Of a DNA stretch of 34,088 nt, positions 23,492-32,929 are shown piece after piece. The DNA is from Bacillota bacterium (GTDB lineage: Bacteria > Bacillota > Clostridia > Christensenellales > UBA1242). The DNA is taken from the NCBI GenBank assembly GCA_009780625.1, contig WQZR01000002.1, positions 1-34,088 of the forward strand, written 5' to 3'. A program made the position numbers and the translations under genes. Positions within the stretch are counted from its first letter, which is position 1. Each line of letters starts with the position of its first letter. The notes under the pieces are model-generated. The model saw only the letters and a program-made list of their open reading frames with translations, was not told the DNA's origin and did no database searches.

Positions 23492-25026
23492 TGGACAGAA
23501 AAATAGAATTTAACATACAGCCAGAAGCTGGGATAATGAATGTGTTTTCTAGGCTTAATTATGAAGCACAATATGCTCTTGCTGAATTTGTTGACAATTC
23601 AACGCAGTCGTATTTTAATAATGAGAAAAAAATAAAGGATTCAAATAAGAACTTCGAGCGTCTAGAAATAGATATTGTTTACGATGAAGAAAAGGATAAA
23701 CTTTCGATCACTGACAATGCTTATGGAATGAATTTAGAAGAGTTTAAATATGCTATTCTTTTAGATTCAAAACATCCTAACCAACAAGGAAGAAATGAGT
23801 TTGGTATGGGGTTAAAAACTGCTGCAAGTTGGTTTGGAAACAATTGGAGTGTTTTTAGTACTCAACTAGGCAGAGATAAAATTTATTCGGCAAATGTAGA
23901 TATAAATCATCTTAAAAATAATAGAGTTAATACTATAGATATAATTGAATCGAAAACAACAATCAATAGTCATAGTACGATAATCGTTATAAGAGAATTA
24001 ACTAAAAAGTTAACAAGAAAAACCCTTAACAGAGTTAGAGACTTACTTGGTAGTATGTATAGAAGAGATATTGAATCTGGAAAAGTACAGATTACTCTGA
24101 ACGGAGAAATTATTACTTATCAACCTAATGCTGTTCTTCAGTATAAAGATAGAACGTGGAAGAAAGAATTAAATTTCAATGTTGAGTTTAGAGATAAAAT
24201 TTATCATGTGGACGGTTTTGTTGCAATTATGAATCCTGGTAGTTTTCGTAAGGCTGGGTTTGCCTTGTTTAGAAACAATAGAGTTGTGATTGGTGGAGAT
24301 GACTGCAATTATAAGCCGTTGGAAATATTTGGTCAACTTCAAAGCCAGATAGCATTAAAATTATTCGGTGAATTAAATATGAACTCGTTTCCTGTTAATC
24401 AAGCAAAAGCTGGTTTCATTTGGAACGACGGTCTAGAAGAAGAATTTATCAGAGTGTTAAAAGAAAATATAGAAGAATATCGAAAGATAGCTGATATGTC
24501 TAAACAATCACGAGAAGAAGTAGAGCAATTTTCACCGCAAAAATCTGAAAGCGTTGAACAAGATACTAAATTAGCTCTGGAAAAACTGCAGCGCGAACCT
24601 GATACTGAAATTGTGTTAGAGGAAGATAGCGATTTAGAAGAAACCGACTTGGAAGCTTTTCAAAAGAATTTTGTAGATTCACCTAGTGAAATCGAGAGTG
24701 TTGGAACACTTAGGAAGTATGAAGTACCATTAAATAATTTTGAAAAGATTAAACTATGCGTCACGTGGACAATTGGAAAAAGTGATTATTGGATTGACTT
24801 GAATGAAGAGAAAGAGGAGATACAGGTTATTATCAACATTGACCATCCATTCTTTAAACCTCATTCGAACGAGGAGCACTTTAAAAAAGTTTTAGAAAAG
24901 TTTGTTATTGCATTTGTTGTAGCCGAAAAGCAGGCACTTTCAACATCTGGAAAGGATGGCTATGTATCTCCGTCAGCTATTCGAAATAAAATTAACGAAA
25001 TTCTATCAAAAATGTCTAAGGAGTAG
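23491..25026 (+). CDS. GHKL-superfamily ATPase (HATPase_c_3 / MutL-Hsp90-like N-terminal domain)
   Basis: N box EFVDNSTQS, G1 ITDNAYGM, G2 FGMGLKTAASW. Start shares a base with the methyltransferase stop (TAATG). Acidic linker in the C-terminal half. Confidence 0.8.
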   Translation: MDRKIEFNIQPEAGIMNVFSRLNYEAQYALAEFVDNSTQSYFNNEKKIKDSNKNFERLEIDIVYDEEKDKLSITDNAYGMNLEEFKYAILLDSKHPNQQGRNEFGMGLKTAASWFGNNWSVFSTQLGRDKIYSANVDINHLKNNRVNTIDIIESKTTINSHSTIIVIRELTKKLTRKTLNRVRDLLGSMYRRDIESGKVQITLNGEIITYQPNAVLQYKDRTWKKELNFNVEFRDKIYHVDGFVAIMNPGSFRKAGFALFRNNRVVIGGDDCNYKPLEIFGQLQSQIALKLFGELNMNSFPVNQAKAGFIWNDGLEEEFIRVLKENIEEYRKIADMSKQSREEVEQFSPQKSESVEQDTKLALEKLQREPDTEIVLEEDSDLEETDLEAFQKNFVDSPSEIESVGTLRKYEVPLNNFEKIKLCVTWTIGKSDYWIDLNEEKEEIQVIINIDHPFFKPHSNEEHFKKVLEKFVIAFVVAEKQALSTSGKDGYVSPSAIRNKINEILSKMSKE

Positions 25027-25027
25027 T

Positions 25028-27169
25028 ATGGAAAAATATAAAATTAAAAGCGATGAAGAGATGAAACCTGTCAAATTCGGCAAGTTTTGTGAGATGGTTT
25101 ATGAGAAACAGAAGAAATCGTATGGTGAAGTTTCTGCGGATGAAACTAGAAAAAGAATAAAACATATTTATCAAGAATCACAGAAATTACTTTCTAGAAA
25201 AGAAGAACGAAATTTATTACTTGTGGGTAAAGTTCAATCTGGTAAGACATCTAATCTTGAGATGTTTACAGCTTTTGCCTTTGACAATGGGTACAATTTG
25301 CTAATTATATATGGTGGTTATGACGATACTTTGCTTAATCAAACTAACACCCGCTTTAAAGAAACATTTGAAATTCCTATTTCAGATTCTTTAGACTCAC
25401 CGCATCCAGCATTTTTTAGCACTTCTAAACACGGCAGCAAAGTAGATTTTGAATATCTTGATGATAGTGTTATTCAAGACATGGTTGAAAATAATAAACC
25501 AATAATTATAACTGCGATGAAAAGACCTAAAGCGCTCGCAAATATAAATTCGTTTTTGAAAAGACTAAAATTAAAAAACGTTAAAACTTTTATCATCGAC
25601 GATGAAGGCGACCAAGCAAGTTTGAATACAGCTAAAGATAAAGAAAACTTTGAAGAGTCATCTGCAACTTATAAAGCAATTTGCACAATGAAAGACTTAC
25701 TTGGAAATCCATTATATTTGTCAGTTACTGCCACACCGCAGGCAAATATATTTTCGCCTACGATAAGCAAACTTAATCCGTTAGATATTAAACTTATTGA
25801 CGCTGGAAATGGATATTGTGGTTCCGCGGTTTATCATCTTGGCGATCCAGATTTAATAACTGAGATTGATGATTTTGAAGATGAGGTTGACGGAAGTAAA
25901 ATGCCAGAATCTATGAAGTATGCAATAAATTACTATTTAATAGCTGCTGCAATAATGGATGAAAAAGGTATAGGTGGTGCTGATATTTTAATTCATTCAG
26001 CTAGAGAAGTCGCAATTCATAGAAGGATTTGTTCCTTTATTCAAACATACATTGATGAATTGAAAAATGCAATCAAGTTAGAACAAAAACTTGACATAGA
26101 TAACTTTCTAAAAGAATTAGAGTTTGTGTTTTATACTGAATTTAGCAAGACTATTCAAAAACAATACAATATTGCGGCGTTGAGGGAACGTATTTTTAAG
26201 GTTGTTAATAAGACATTTGTAATAATGAAAAACAACCCAGGAAATGCAAGTACGCTTCCTCTTGAACAATATAAACCTTACAAAATATTTGTTGGAGGCG
26301 ACTTACTACAGAGAGGTGTTACTTTTAAGAATCTAGTTGTCACATATTTTACTAGATGGGCTAAATCTGGAAACATGGATACTACTCTTCAGAGGGCAAG
26401 GTGGTTTGGGTATAGGGAAAAATTTATTGATTTATGTAAAATTTTTACTACAAACGAAATTCAAAGAGAGTTTACTAATCTTGCTGATATAGAAATTGAC
26501 TTATGGGATCAATTTGAAGGTATTCAAAATGGCGAACTTCAAATCGAAAATATCATTATTCCAGCGCAGGACTCTATCTTGAGACCAACAAGAAGTAATG
26601 TTGCAACATTTGCAAAGGTTGAGTTTGCAAGAAGATGGACTAAACAACAATTAGGTATATTTGATAAAAACACTGTCGATAAAAACAATAAAATTATTAG
26701 AGAATTTATTTCTAATAATAAATTCATTGAGTCAAACATTGCAAGAACTGATAAGGAATCTTCTTGCTCTTACGCGTTGGTTAAGACGGCTGATGTTAAA
26801 AAACTTATGGACGCTCTAGCACAGTCGATATTTTTAATGCAGCCATTTAGTCTTAATGCTCATATTATCGAACACTTATTAGCCAGTCAAAAAGAGATTC
26901 CAATTATACTCATGAAAGGTAATCGTGAGCGTAAATTTGATAGTTCTAACCGAATTAACAACATCCATCAAGGTCCAGATAAATCTGAGATTTCTGCAAG
27001 AAAATATATGGGTGATACTGAAGTTGTAATAGACAAAGATAAAATAAATATACAGATACACTATATTGTTCCAAAAAAAGAAGGAGCCGTAAGAGCCGAA
27101 ATTGGTCAGTATATGTTTGCTATATTTACTCCTGGAAAACAAAGTTATTATGTTAGAGGGAAATTATAA
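25028..27169 (+). CDS. Z1-domain protein (SF2 helicase-like P-loop NTPase)
   Basis: Walker A GKVQSGKTSN, Walker B/DExD-like IIDDEGDQAS, SVTATPQAN, QRGVTF, TLQRARWFGYR. AAGGAG SD; ATG 25028 lies 1 nt after the upstream stop. Architecture as recalled for Z1 proteins that neighbour C5-methyltransferases. Confidence 0.75.
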   Translation: MEKYKIKSDEEMKPVKFGKFCEMVYEKQKKSYGEVSADETRKRIKHIYQESQKLLSRKEERNLLLVGKVQSGKTSNLEMFTAFAFDNGYNLLIIYGGYDDTLLNQTNTRFKETFEIPISDSLDSPHPAFFSTSKHGSKVDFEYLDDSVIQDMVENNKPIIITAMKRPKALANINSFLKRLKLKNVKTFIIDDEGDQASLNTAKDKENFEESSATYKAICTMKDLLGNPLYLSVTATPQANIFSPTISKLNPLDIKLIDAGNGYCGSAVYHLGDPDLITEIDDFEDEVDGSKMPESMKYAINYYLIAAAIMDEKGIGGADILIHSAREVAIHRRICSFIQTYIDELKNAIKLEQKLDIDNFLKELEFVFYTEFSKTIQKQYNIAALRERIFKVVNKTFVIMKNNPGNASTLPLEQYKPYKIFVGGDLLQRGVTFKNLVVTYFTRWAKSGNMDTTLQRARWFGYREKFIDLCKIFTTNEIQREFTNLADIEIDLWDQFEGIQNGELQIENIIIPAQDSILRPTRSNVATFAKVEFARRWTKQQLGIFDKNTVDKNNKIIREFISNNKFIESNIARTDKESSCSYALVKTADVKKLMDALAQSIFLMQPFSLNAHIIEHLLASQKEIPIILMKGNRERKFDSSNRINNIHQGPDKSEISARKYMGDTEVVIDKDKINIQIHYIVPKKEGAVRAEIGQYMFAIFTPGKQSYYVRGKL

Positions 27170-27170
27170 T

Positions 27171-28082
27171 ATGGTAGAAAAAATCAAAAATAAAATTAAG
27201 CAGTTGAAACCAAAACAAGATTTTCTTTACCTAGTAGAAAAAATCAATAACAAAGCTGGTTTCTTCTTGTTGAACGACCAAATTGTTTTTGTTGAAGAAA
27301 ACTTCAATAATGAAAAAAAAGATTTAACAGAAACAACTCACTTAACCCTAAGAACATCGGTTGAAATCACTGCTGTTGAGAATGCACCTTCTTTCAAGGA
27401 AGGTTTATATAATTTTATTGTTTTTAAAAATCAAGTTGATAGTGAAGAATTTGAAAGTTTTGTGAACCTTTGCGTTCTATATGTGAAAGATAATACTATT
27501 GGGTTTTCAAAATTCTTTTTTTCTATATATAATCTATTTCAGAAGAAAGAAGAGAAGTATAAGAACTTAGTAGGATTTTGGGGGGAGTTAAAGTTTTTAT
27601 TACTCGCAGACAAATTGGGGGCGGATTTATCTCAAAATTGGCATAGACTGACAAACGATAAGTATGACTTTGTTGTAAGGAAATTTCCATTTGATATAAA
27701 GACCACTATAACAAAAGATGGTTTTGTAAAAATAAAACATAGCCAGATATTTAATGCTGACAATGTTTATCTTGTAGTTTGCGAAGCAGAGATAAGCAAC
27801 GCGGGAGAGACATTGATGGATTTGGTATCACAAATTAAAACTAACAAAACTTTTATTAGAAACGTTCCATTTTTATTAGCGTTAGAAAAAGAAATGACAA
27901 AAGTCTATAAAGAGGATGCTGAAAAGGAAAAATTCTCCTTGCTCGGTTTTAAGATTTTCTTCACTAAAGATATGCCTACGATACAAAACATTCCAAATAA
28001 CGTTATTGATGTAGAGTATAGGTATAATTACATGATGAACAAAAGTATTTCATTTAAAGATTTTGTCAAACTCTTAAAATAA
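27171..28082 (+). CDS. PD-(D/E)XK motif protein (putative nuclease effector)
   Basis: GFWGELKFLL ... DKYDFVV ... FDIKTT fits E...D...(D/E)xK as in the PD-(D/E)XK motif proteins found with Z1/GHKL genes. ATG 27171 lies 1 nt after the Z1 stop. Confidence 0.65.
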   Translation: MVEKIKNKIKQLKPKQDFLYLVEKINNKAGFFLLNDQIVFVEENFNNEKKDLTETTHLTLRTSVEITAVENAPSFKEGLYNFIVFKNQVDSEEFESFVNLCVLYVKDNTIGFSKFFFSIYNLFQKKEEKYKNLVGFWGELKFLLLADKLGADLSQNWHRLTNDKYDFVVRKFPFDIKTTITKDGFVKIKHSQIFNADNVYLVVCEAEISNAGETLMDLVSQIKTNKTFIRNVPFLLALEKEMTKVYKEDAEKEKFSLLGFKIFFTKDMPTIQNIPNNVIDVEYRYNYMMNKSISFKDFVKLLK

Positions 28083-28083
28083 T

Positions 28084-28107
28084 AAAAGACTGAGCAATCA
28101 GTCTTTT
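28084..28107. terminator. bidirectional terminator between convergent genes
   Basis: aaaagactga-gcaa-tcagtctttt. It overlaps the stop of the minus-strand Rep gene. Confidence 0.7.
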
Positions 28108-28829
28108 TTAATTCTCACAACTTTGATGTGTTCTTTGTCTTTGACTAGGCTGACTTTTGTATCACTGTCGAGTCTCATGTTTGAAAAGATGATATCGTCA
28201 AAGTCTTCGTCTTCCATGTAGAGAATAACCTTTTCTTTTTTGTTTAGGTTAAGAGTACGGTAGTAGTATCTTTTATTGTAGTTATCTAGTATGCAGGGTT
28301 CATATAACTGCTTAGTTAGGTATTTAAGACAATAGTTTATAAACTTGTGAGCTTCGGTTTTTGGAAAATGGATGATAGTTGAAAAGCCGAAATCGAATAG
28401 GGGAAGGTTGTAGACTTCTGCACCGTTTGAGCTCATCTCTTCGCCTGTGTGATAGTCTGTTGCTCTTTCCATATATTCTGTTAAATCAATGCTGCCGACG
28501 AGTATATGTAAATGTAGAGCCTTTTTTCCTTCTTCGTTCTTCTTTTTGTGCCGTTCTGGTATTGCTAAAAGTTTCACATCTTTGTTTATTCTTTGGAGCT
28601 TTTGACGGAAGAGTTTCCAAACATATTTGACGGCTTCGTCGTCGTATCTGTCAATAAGTTCGTCTGAAAAAGTTAAGGTTAGGAAATAGTCCCAATCGTT
28701 AGCTAATCCATATCCATAGAAATTATCTTTTGCTCGTCGACGACTTCGTCTTATATTTTCTTTAATCTTTTCCATATCAAATTGTTTATCGGTGAAATTG
28801 AAGAAATCTTTTTTACACGGAACAATCAT
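28098..28829 (-). CDS. rolling-circle replication initiator (HUH Rep) protein, orphan
   Basis: Motif 1 FLTLTF, motif 2 HLHILV (HUH), motif 3 YCLKYLTK (catalytic Tyr context), as in plasmid and Microviridae-like RCR Reps. AAGGAG SD. Confidence 0.7.
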   Translation of the reverse strand: MIVPCKKDFFNFTDKQFDMEKIKENIRRSRRRAKDNFYGYGLANDWDYFLTLTFSDELIDRYDDEAVKYVWKLFRQKLQRINKDVKLLAIPERHKKKNEEGKKALHLHILVGSIDLTEYMERATDYHTGEEMSSNGAEVYNLPLFDFGFSTIIHFPKTEAHKFINYCLKYLTKQLYEPCILDNYNKRYYYRTLNLNKKEKVILYMEDEDFDDIIFSNMRLDSDTKVSLVKDKEHIKVVRIKKD

Positions 28830-28934
28830 TCGTTGGTCATGCTCCTTTACAAATTATAATTATTGGTATTATATCATTTTTCGACATATTTCTAAAGACC
28901 TTTTTCCAAAGCTGAGCCAAATTTAACCAAAAAA

Positions 28935-28943
28935 TGCTATAAT
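28935..28943 (+). promoter_or_regulatory. extended -10 promoter TGcTATAAT for the R-M gene
   Basis: TGcTATAAT is followed by a 34-nt leader with AAGGAG at 28967-28972 and ATG 28978. Confidence 0.55.
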
Positions 28944-28977
28944 GAAAAAATGATAAGTTTTAACTAAGGAGAAGTCG

Positions 28978-31900
28978 ATGCTTGAAAGAGTGAGTGATGA
29001 GCAGTTAAGAAAAGCCGTTATTAAATATTTTAATGCTGTTAAAGAGAGGTCTGCTAAAAATACGGAAACATCTTACAATAGACCGATAATTGAGTTGGTT
29101 GAACTTTTTGGTTGTAAACCCGTTGATTTTTCTGGCGAGAGAAGTGGTATTGCTGGCGAAAATATTGATATAAAAATATGGCGAGCTGACGAAGACTTAA
29201 ATAAGACAGAGCCGTTCGCTGCTATTGAAGTTAAAAAGATTGGTGGAATTGATGAGAGAGCAAGAAGCCAAATTAAAACGGAAGCCAGCAGATATGGGAA
29301 TGTTATTTTAACAGATAATACAGAGTGGAGATTTTATGGTGCTGACGGCAAAATGTACAATGGCTTTGAGTTAATTAAAAAAGACGGCACAGAATTAAAA
29401 CTCGATGAAGAAAAAATAGAATTATTTATTCAATCTATTAAAAGTTTTGTTCTTGCCGATCCAGTGAACATAAGAAGCTCTGGAAAACTTGCTGAATATA
29501 TGGCAACCTACGCAAGAGATATTCGTGTGATAATAAATGGAATTTTACAAACTGATAGTAGTAAACCAATGTTTAACGAATTGTTTGCATTATACTCAAG
29601 ACTAAAACAAGAACTTTTACCAGAACTGAACATAGAAGAGTTTGCTGATATGTATGCTCAAACTATTGTGTATGGCTTATTTATTGCAAGATATAACGAT
29701 AAAGACTTAAAAACTTTTACTCTTGGCGAAGCGATTGCAAACTTATCGCAAGAGAGCCACTTACTTAAACAATTCTTTCAACACATAACAACATCGTCAA
29801 ATATACACCCAACCTTAAAGAATGTAGTAGAAAAGCTTTGTAAACTTTTCTCTATTTCAAACTTACCAGAGCTTCTCGATGAGTGTTCAAAAAAGGACAC
29901 AATCATTCACTTCTACGAAGATTTTTTGAGTTATTATGACATGGCAAAACGAAAAGCTTTTGGTGCATATTACACTCCATATCAAGTTGTTAGGTACATG
30001 GTTTCTATGGTTGATGAAATACTTGTCAACGAGTTTAAAGTTAATGGTGGACTTTCAAATAATGAAACAACAAATATCACAGTGAAATGCGATGAGTACC
30101 AATTCAAAAAGAATGACTGGCGAAAAGAAAAAGAAATTTCAGTTCCTCAAGTCGCAATACTAGACCCAGCTTGTGGAACGGGAACATTCGGTGCAGAAAT
30201 TATTAAGTTTATAAAAGAGAAATATTTTTCTGGTGGCAACTCTGCGTTTTATAAAAAATGGATACAAGACAAAAACGGTTTACTCTCTCGTTTGATAGGT
30301 TTTGAAATTATGATGACAAGTTATGTTGTTGCACACTTAAAGATAAGAAGAACAATCGCAGAAACTTTAGGCGAGCAACCAGACGAAATCTTGCCTAGCA
30401 ATATATTCTTAACAAACACACTAGCAGAGCCGAAATCTCTAATAGAGAAAAACCAACAACAGAGTTTCTTTGATTTTTCTGGTGCGATAACTGAAGAAGC
30501 GGAAAATGCTGATAAGTGGAAATCAAGAAGACCTATTAAGGTTATTATAGGAAACCCACCATATCTTGCTGCTTCCAAAAACCCTTTTGATATTACTGCT
30601 TATAAAACAGAAACAGATGGTGTAACAGATTTTAAAGAAAGAAAACACTGGCTCAATGATGACTATGTTAAGTTTATTCGTTTTGCAGAGCAACGCATTG
30701 AAAAAGACGGAAGCGGTATTCTTGCGTTCATTTCAAACAATGGCTATTTAGACAATCAAACCTTTAGAGGTATGAGAGCAAGTCTTTTAAGAACTTTCGA
30801 CAAAATATTTATCTTAGATTTACACGGAAACGCAGTTAAAAAAGAAACTGCACCAGATGGCTCTAAAGACGAGAATGTATTTGACATTCAACAAGGTGTT
30901 GGAATAATCATTGGAATTAAAACAACTCGAAACAAAGATTGGGCAAAAGTTTATCATGCTGACTTGTTTGGTACACGAGAAAATAAATTTTCTGCACTAG
31001 ATAAGAAAAACATTGTATTTAAGAAACTTGATATAGATACGAAAATGGCATATTTTATTCCGCAGAACGAAACGGGTAAAGATACTTATGAAGACGGGGT
31101 AAATATAAGTGAATTGTTTCTAACAAATGTAACGGGAGTTATGTCTGGAAATAATGATATATCACTTGCTTCAACAGAAAAAGAATTAAGAAAACGAATT
31201 GATATTGTTAATAATGCTTTAAATGAAGAACCTATTCAAAAACTTTGGGGGAGCTTTAGTCGTGGTCAAACGGCAGACAAAATACAAAAAGACTTATTAG
31301 ATAAAGAAGGAAAAATAACACCTATCGCTTTTAGACCATTTGAAGATAAATGGACATATTACTCTGGGACATCTTGCGGTTGGCTACTTTGGGCGAGAGA
31401 AAAGAAAACAATGGGACAATTGGTACATTCTTCGACAAGTCCTATTGGTAAGAATATTGCTTTTATTTATGGAAGAGCTGCACATATCTCAAATGACTTT
31501 GCTATGGTTTTTGTAAGCGACAAAATAATTGATAAAGGTTTATTAGATGTTGTACACCAAGCTTATATATCGCCGTTATATAATGCACCTAGTGGACTAG
31601 AAAAAGAATGGACACCAAACTTTAACAAAGAGCAATTAGACAAACTTACACAAAATTTAAAAAACAAACCGACACCAATAGAGATTTTTGACTATTGCTA
31701 TGGAGTTCTTTATGACCCTACATATCGAGAAAAATATAACGAGTTTTTGAAGCGAGACTTTCCAAGAGTTCCAGTTATAGAAAATGAAAAGACTTTTGAT
31801 AAATATAAAAACATTGGAAAATTACTAAGAGAACTCCACTTAATGCAAACAGAAGCAAAGTTTAATTTAGTTATTACTGGCACAAATCTAAAAATTGATT

Positions 31901-32121
31901 TAGTAAAATACACAAATGGGAAACTGCATATAAACAAAGAAACAACAATAGCGGGAATACCACAGAATGTTTGGAACTACTTTATTGGCGGTTATCAAGT
32001 TTTAGATAAATGGTTTAAATCTCATAAGGGCGAGGAACTTGACATCGGTAAATTCAACCACATTCAAAAAGTCGTTGGAATACTTGCCGAAACAATTAAA
32101 CTGCAAGATGTATTGAGATAG
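28978..32121 (+). CDS. MmeI-like type IIL/IIG restriction-modification enzyme (nuclease + N6-adenine methyltransferase + specificity domain)
   Basis: N-terminal D...EVK (GENIDIKIW...AAIEVKK) PD-ExK nuclease. YYTPYQVVRYMV; motif I DPACGTGTF; motif IV NPPY (IGNPPYLA). The C-terminal IGGYQVLDKWFKSHKG is typical of the MmeI/type ISP C-terminal domain. Confidence 0.85.
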   Translation: MLERVSDEQLRKAVIKYFNAVKERSAKNTETSYNRPIIELVELFGCKPVDFSGERSGIAGENIDIKIWRADEDLNKTEPFAAIEVKKIGGIDERARSQIKTEASRYGNVILTDNTEWRFYGADGKMYNGFELIKKDGTELKLDEEKIELFIQSIKSFVLADPVNIRSSGKLAEYMATYARDIRVIINGILQTDSSKPMFNELFALYSRLKQELLPELNIEEFADMYAQTIVYGLFIARYNDKDLKTFTLGEAIANLSQESHLLKQFFQHITTSSNIHPTLKNVVEKLCKLFSISNLPELLDECSKKDTIIHFYEDFLSYYDMAKRKAFGAYYTPYQVVRYMVSMVDEILVNEFKVNGGLSNNETTNITVKCDEYQFKKNDWRKEKEISVPQVAILDPACGTGTFGAEIIKFIKEKYFSGGNSAFYKKWIQDKNGLLSRLIGFEIMMTSYVVAHLKIRRTIAETLGEQPDEILPSNIFLTNTLAEPKSLIEKNQQQSFFDFSGAITEEAENADKWKSRRPIKVIIGNPPYLAASKNPFDITAYKTETDGVTDFKERKHWLNDDYVKFIRFAEQRIEKDGSGILAFISNNGYLDNQTFRGMRASLLRTFDKIFILDLHGNAVKKETAPDGSKDENVFDIQQGVGIIIGIKTTRNKDWAKVYHADLFGTRENKFSALDKKNIVFKKLDIDTKMAYFIPQNETGKDTYEDGVNISELFLTNVTGVMSGNNDISLASTEKELRKRIDIVNNALNEEPIQKLWGSFSRGQTADKIQKDLLDKEGKITPIAFRPFEDKWTYYSGTSCGWLLWAREKKTMGQLVHSSTSPIGKNIAFIYGRAAHISNDFAMVFVSDKIIDKGLLDVVHQAYISPLYNAPSGLEKEWTPNFNKEQLDKLTQNLKNKPTPIEIFDYCYGVLYDPTYREKYNEFLKRDFPRVPVIENEKTFDKYKNIGKLLRELHLMQTEAKFNLVITGTNLKIDLVKYTNGKLHINKETTIAGIPQNVWNYFIGGYQVLDKWFKSHKGEELDIGKFNHIQKVVGILAETIKLQDVLR

Positions 32122-32125
32122 AAAA

Positions 32126-32157
32126 AAAGCAACAGATTAACTGTTGCTTTCTTTTTT
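32126..32157. terminator. bidirectional intrinsic terminator
   Basis: aaagcaacag-attaa-ctgttgcttt, flanked by A7 upstream and T6 downstream. Confidence 0.75.
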
Positions 32158-32289
32158 CAAGAACCACCCTCTTTCGTCTCGCTGTGCGATGTGAGAATAG
32201 TTTATGAATGGTTTCTGTTGTCGTTCGACCACCAGCACTGGCACTCCTTTGAAGAAGAAATAGCCAACGGTGTTCAAACGCCAACACAC

Positions 32290-32367
<78 letters not shown>

Positions 32368-32391
32368 ATGTGTATTCTTTGCAGATTATTA

Positions 32392-32420
32392 AGTATATGC
32401 TTATTTGATTAATTTGTCAA
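32392..32420 (-). promoter_or_regulatory. sigma-A promoter TTGACA-17-TATACT for the tRNA gene
   Basis: The minus strand reads TTGACA (32420-32415), a 17-nt spacer, then TATACT (32397-32392), about 24 nt upstream of tRNA position 1. Confidence 0.65.
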
Positions 32421-32426
32421 CCGATA

Positions 32427-32435
32427 TGGTAAAAT
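32427..32435 (+). promoter_or_regulatory. extended -10 promoter TGgTAAAAT, 6 nt before ATG 32442
   Basis: TGg + TAAAAT, then actatc, then ATG. No SD. Confidence 0.55.
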
Positions 32436-32441
32436 ACTATC

Positions 32442-32927
32442 ATGTCAAAAGAAATAGAAAGAGTGTTTTTGCTCGCTAAAAATGTAGATATAAAAAGTAT
32501 TATTGTGGGTGCTGAAAAGCAAGTGCAAACCACTGCATATTTAAACGAACCTGGTCTAAAAATGCGTCGTGTGAGAGTTGAAAACGGCGTGTATGTTTAT
32601 TGCGAAAAGGTGTATGACTTAGACAGCCCAACAACAAGAGACGAAAACGAAAGAGCATCTTGCCAAGAAGAGTTTGATGAACTGATTATGGAAGGTGCAA
32701 CATATATTCATAACGCGAGATATTTTGTGAAAATAGGAAAAGGTTTGGTTGCTGAGGTTGATGTGTTTGAAGATAACCTAAGTGGAAATGGTTTTGTTAA
32801 AATCGACGTTGAATTTAAAGCACAAAAAGAAAGCGACGCCTTCGTTCCGCCAAGCTGGTTTGGAAAAGAAATAACCGGAACGCCAAGTGAAAGACACAGA
32901 GAAGCACATTTAAAAGGACAGAAATAG
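32442..32927 (+). CDS. CYTH-domain protein (triphosphate tunnel metalloenzyme)
   Basis: The N-terminal EIERVFLL corresponds to the ExExK-type CYTH signature. Size and beta-rich pattern fit. Confidence 0.65.
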   Translation: MSKEIERVFLLAKNVDIKSIIVGAEKQVQTTAYLNEPGLKMRRVRVENGVYVYCEKVYDLDSPTTRDENERASCQEEFDELIMEGATYIHNARYFVKIGKGLVAEVDVFEDNLSGNGFVKIDVEFKAQKESDAFVPPSWFGKEITGTPSERHREAHLKGQK

Positions 32928-32929
32928 AA

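Noticed and set aside
32096-32287. 63-aa minus-strand ORF between the R-M gene and the tRNA, and the ~130-nt tRNA 3' trailer as a possible second RNA gene.
   Set aside because: The ORF crosses the bidirectional terminator. The trailer shows only short hairpins (gtgtt/aacac, ccag/ctgg) and no tRNA-like or known ncRNA features.
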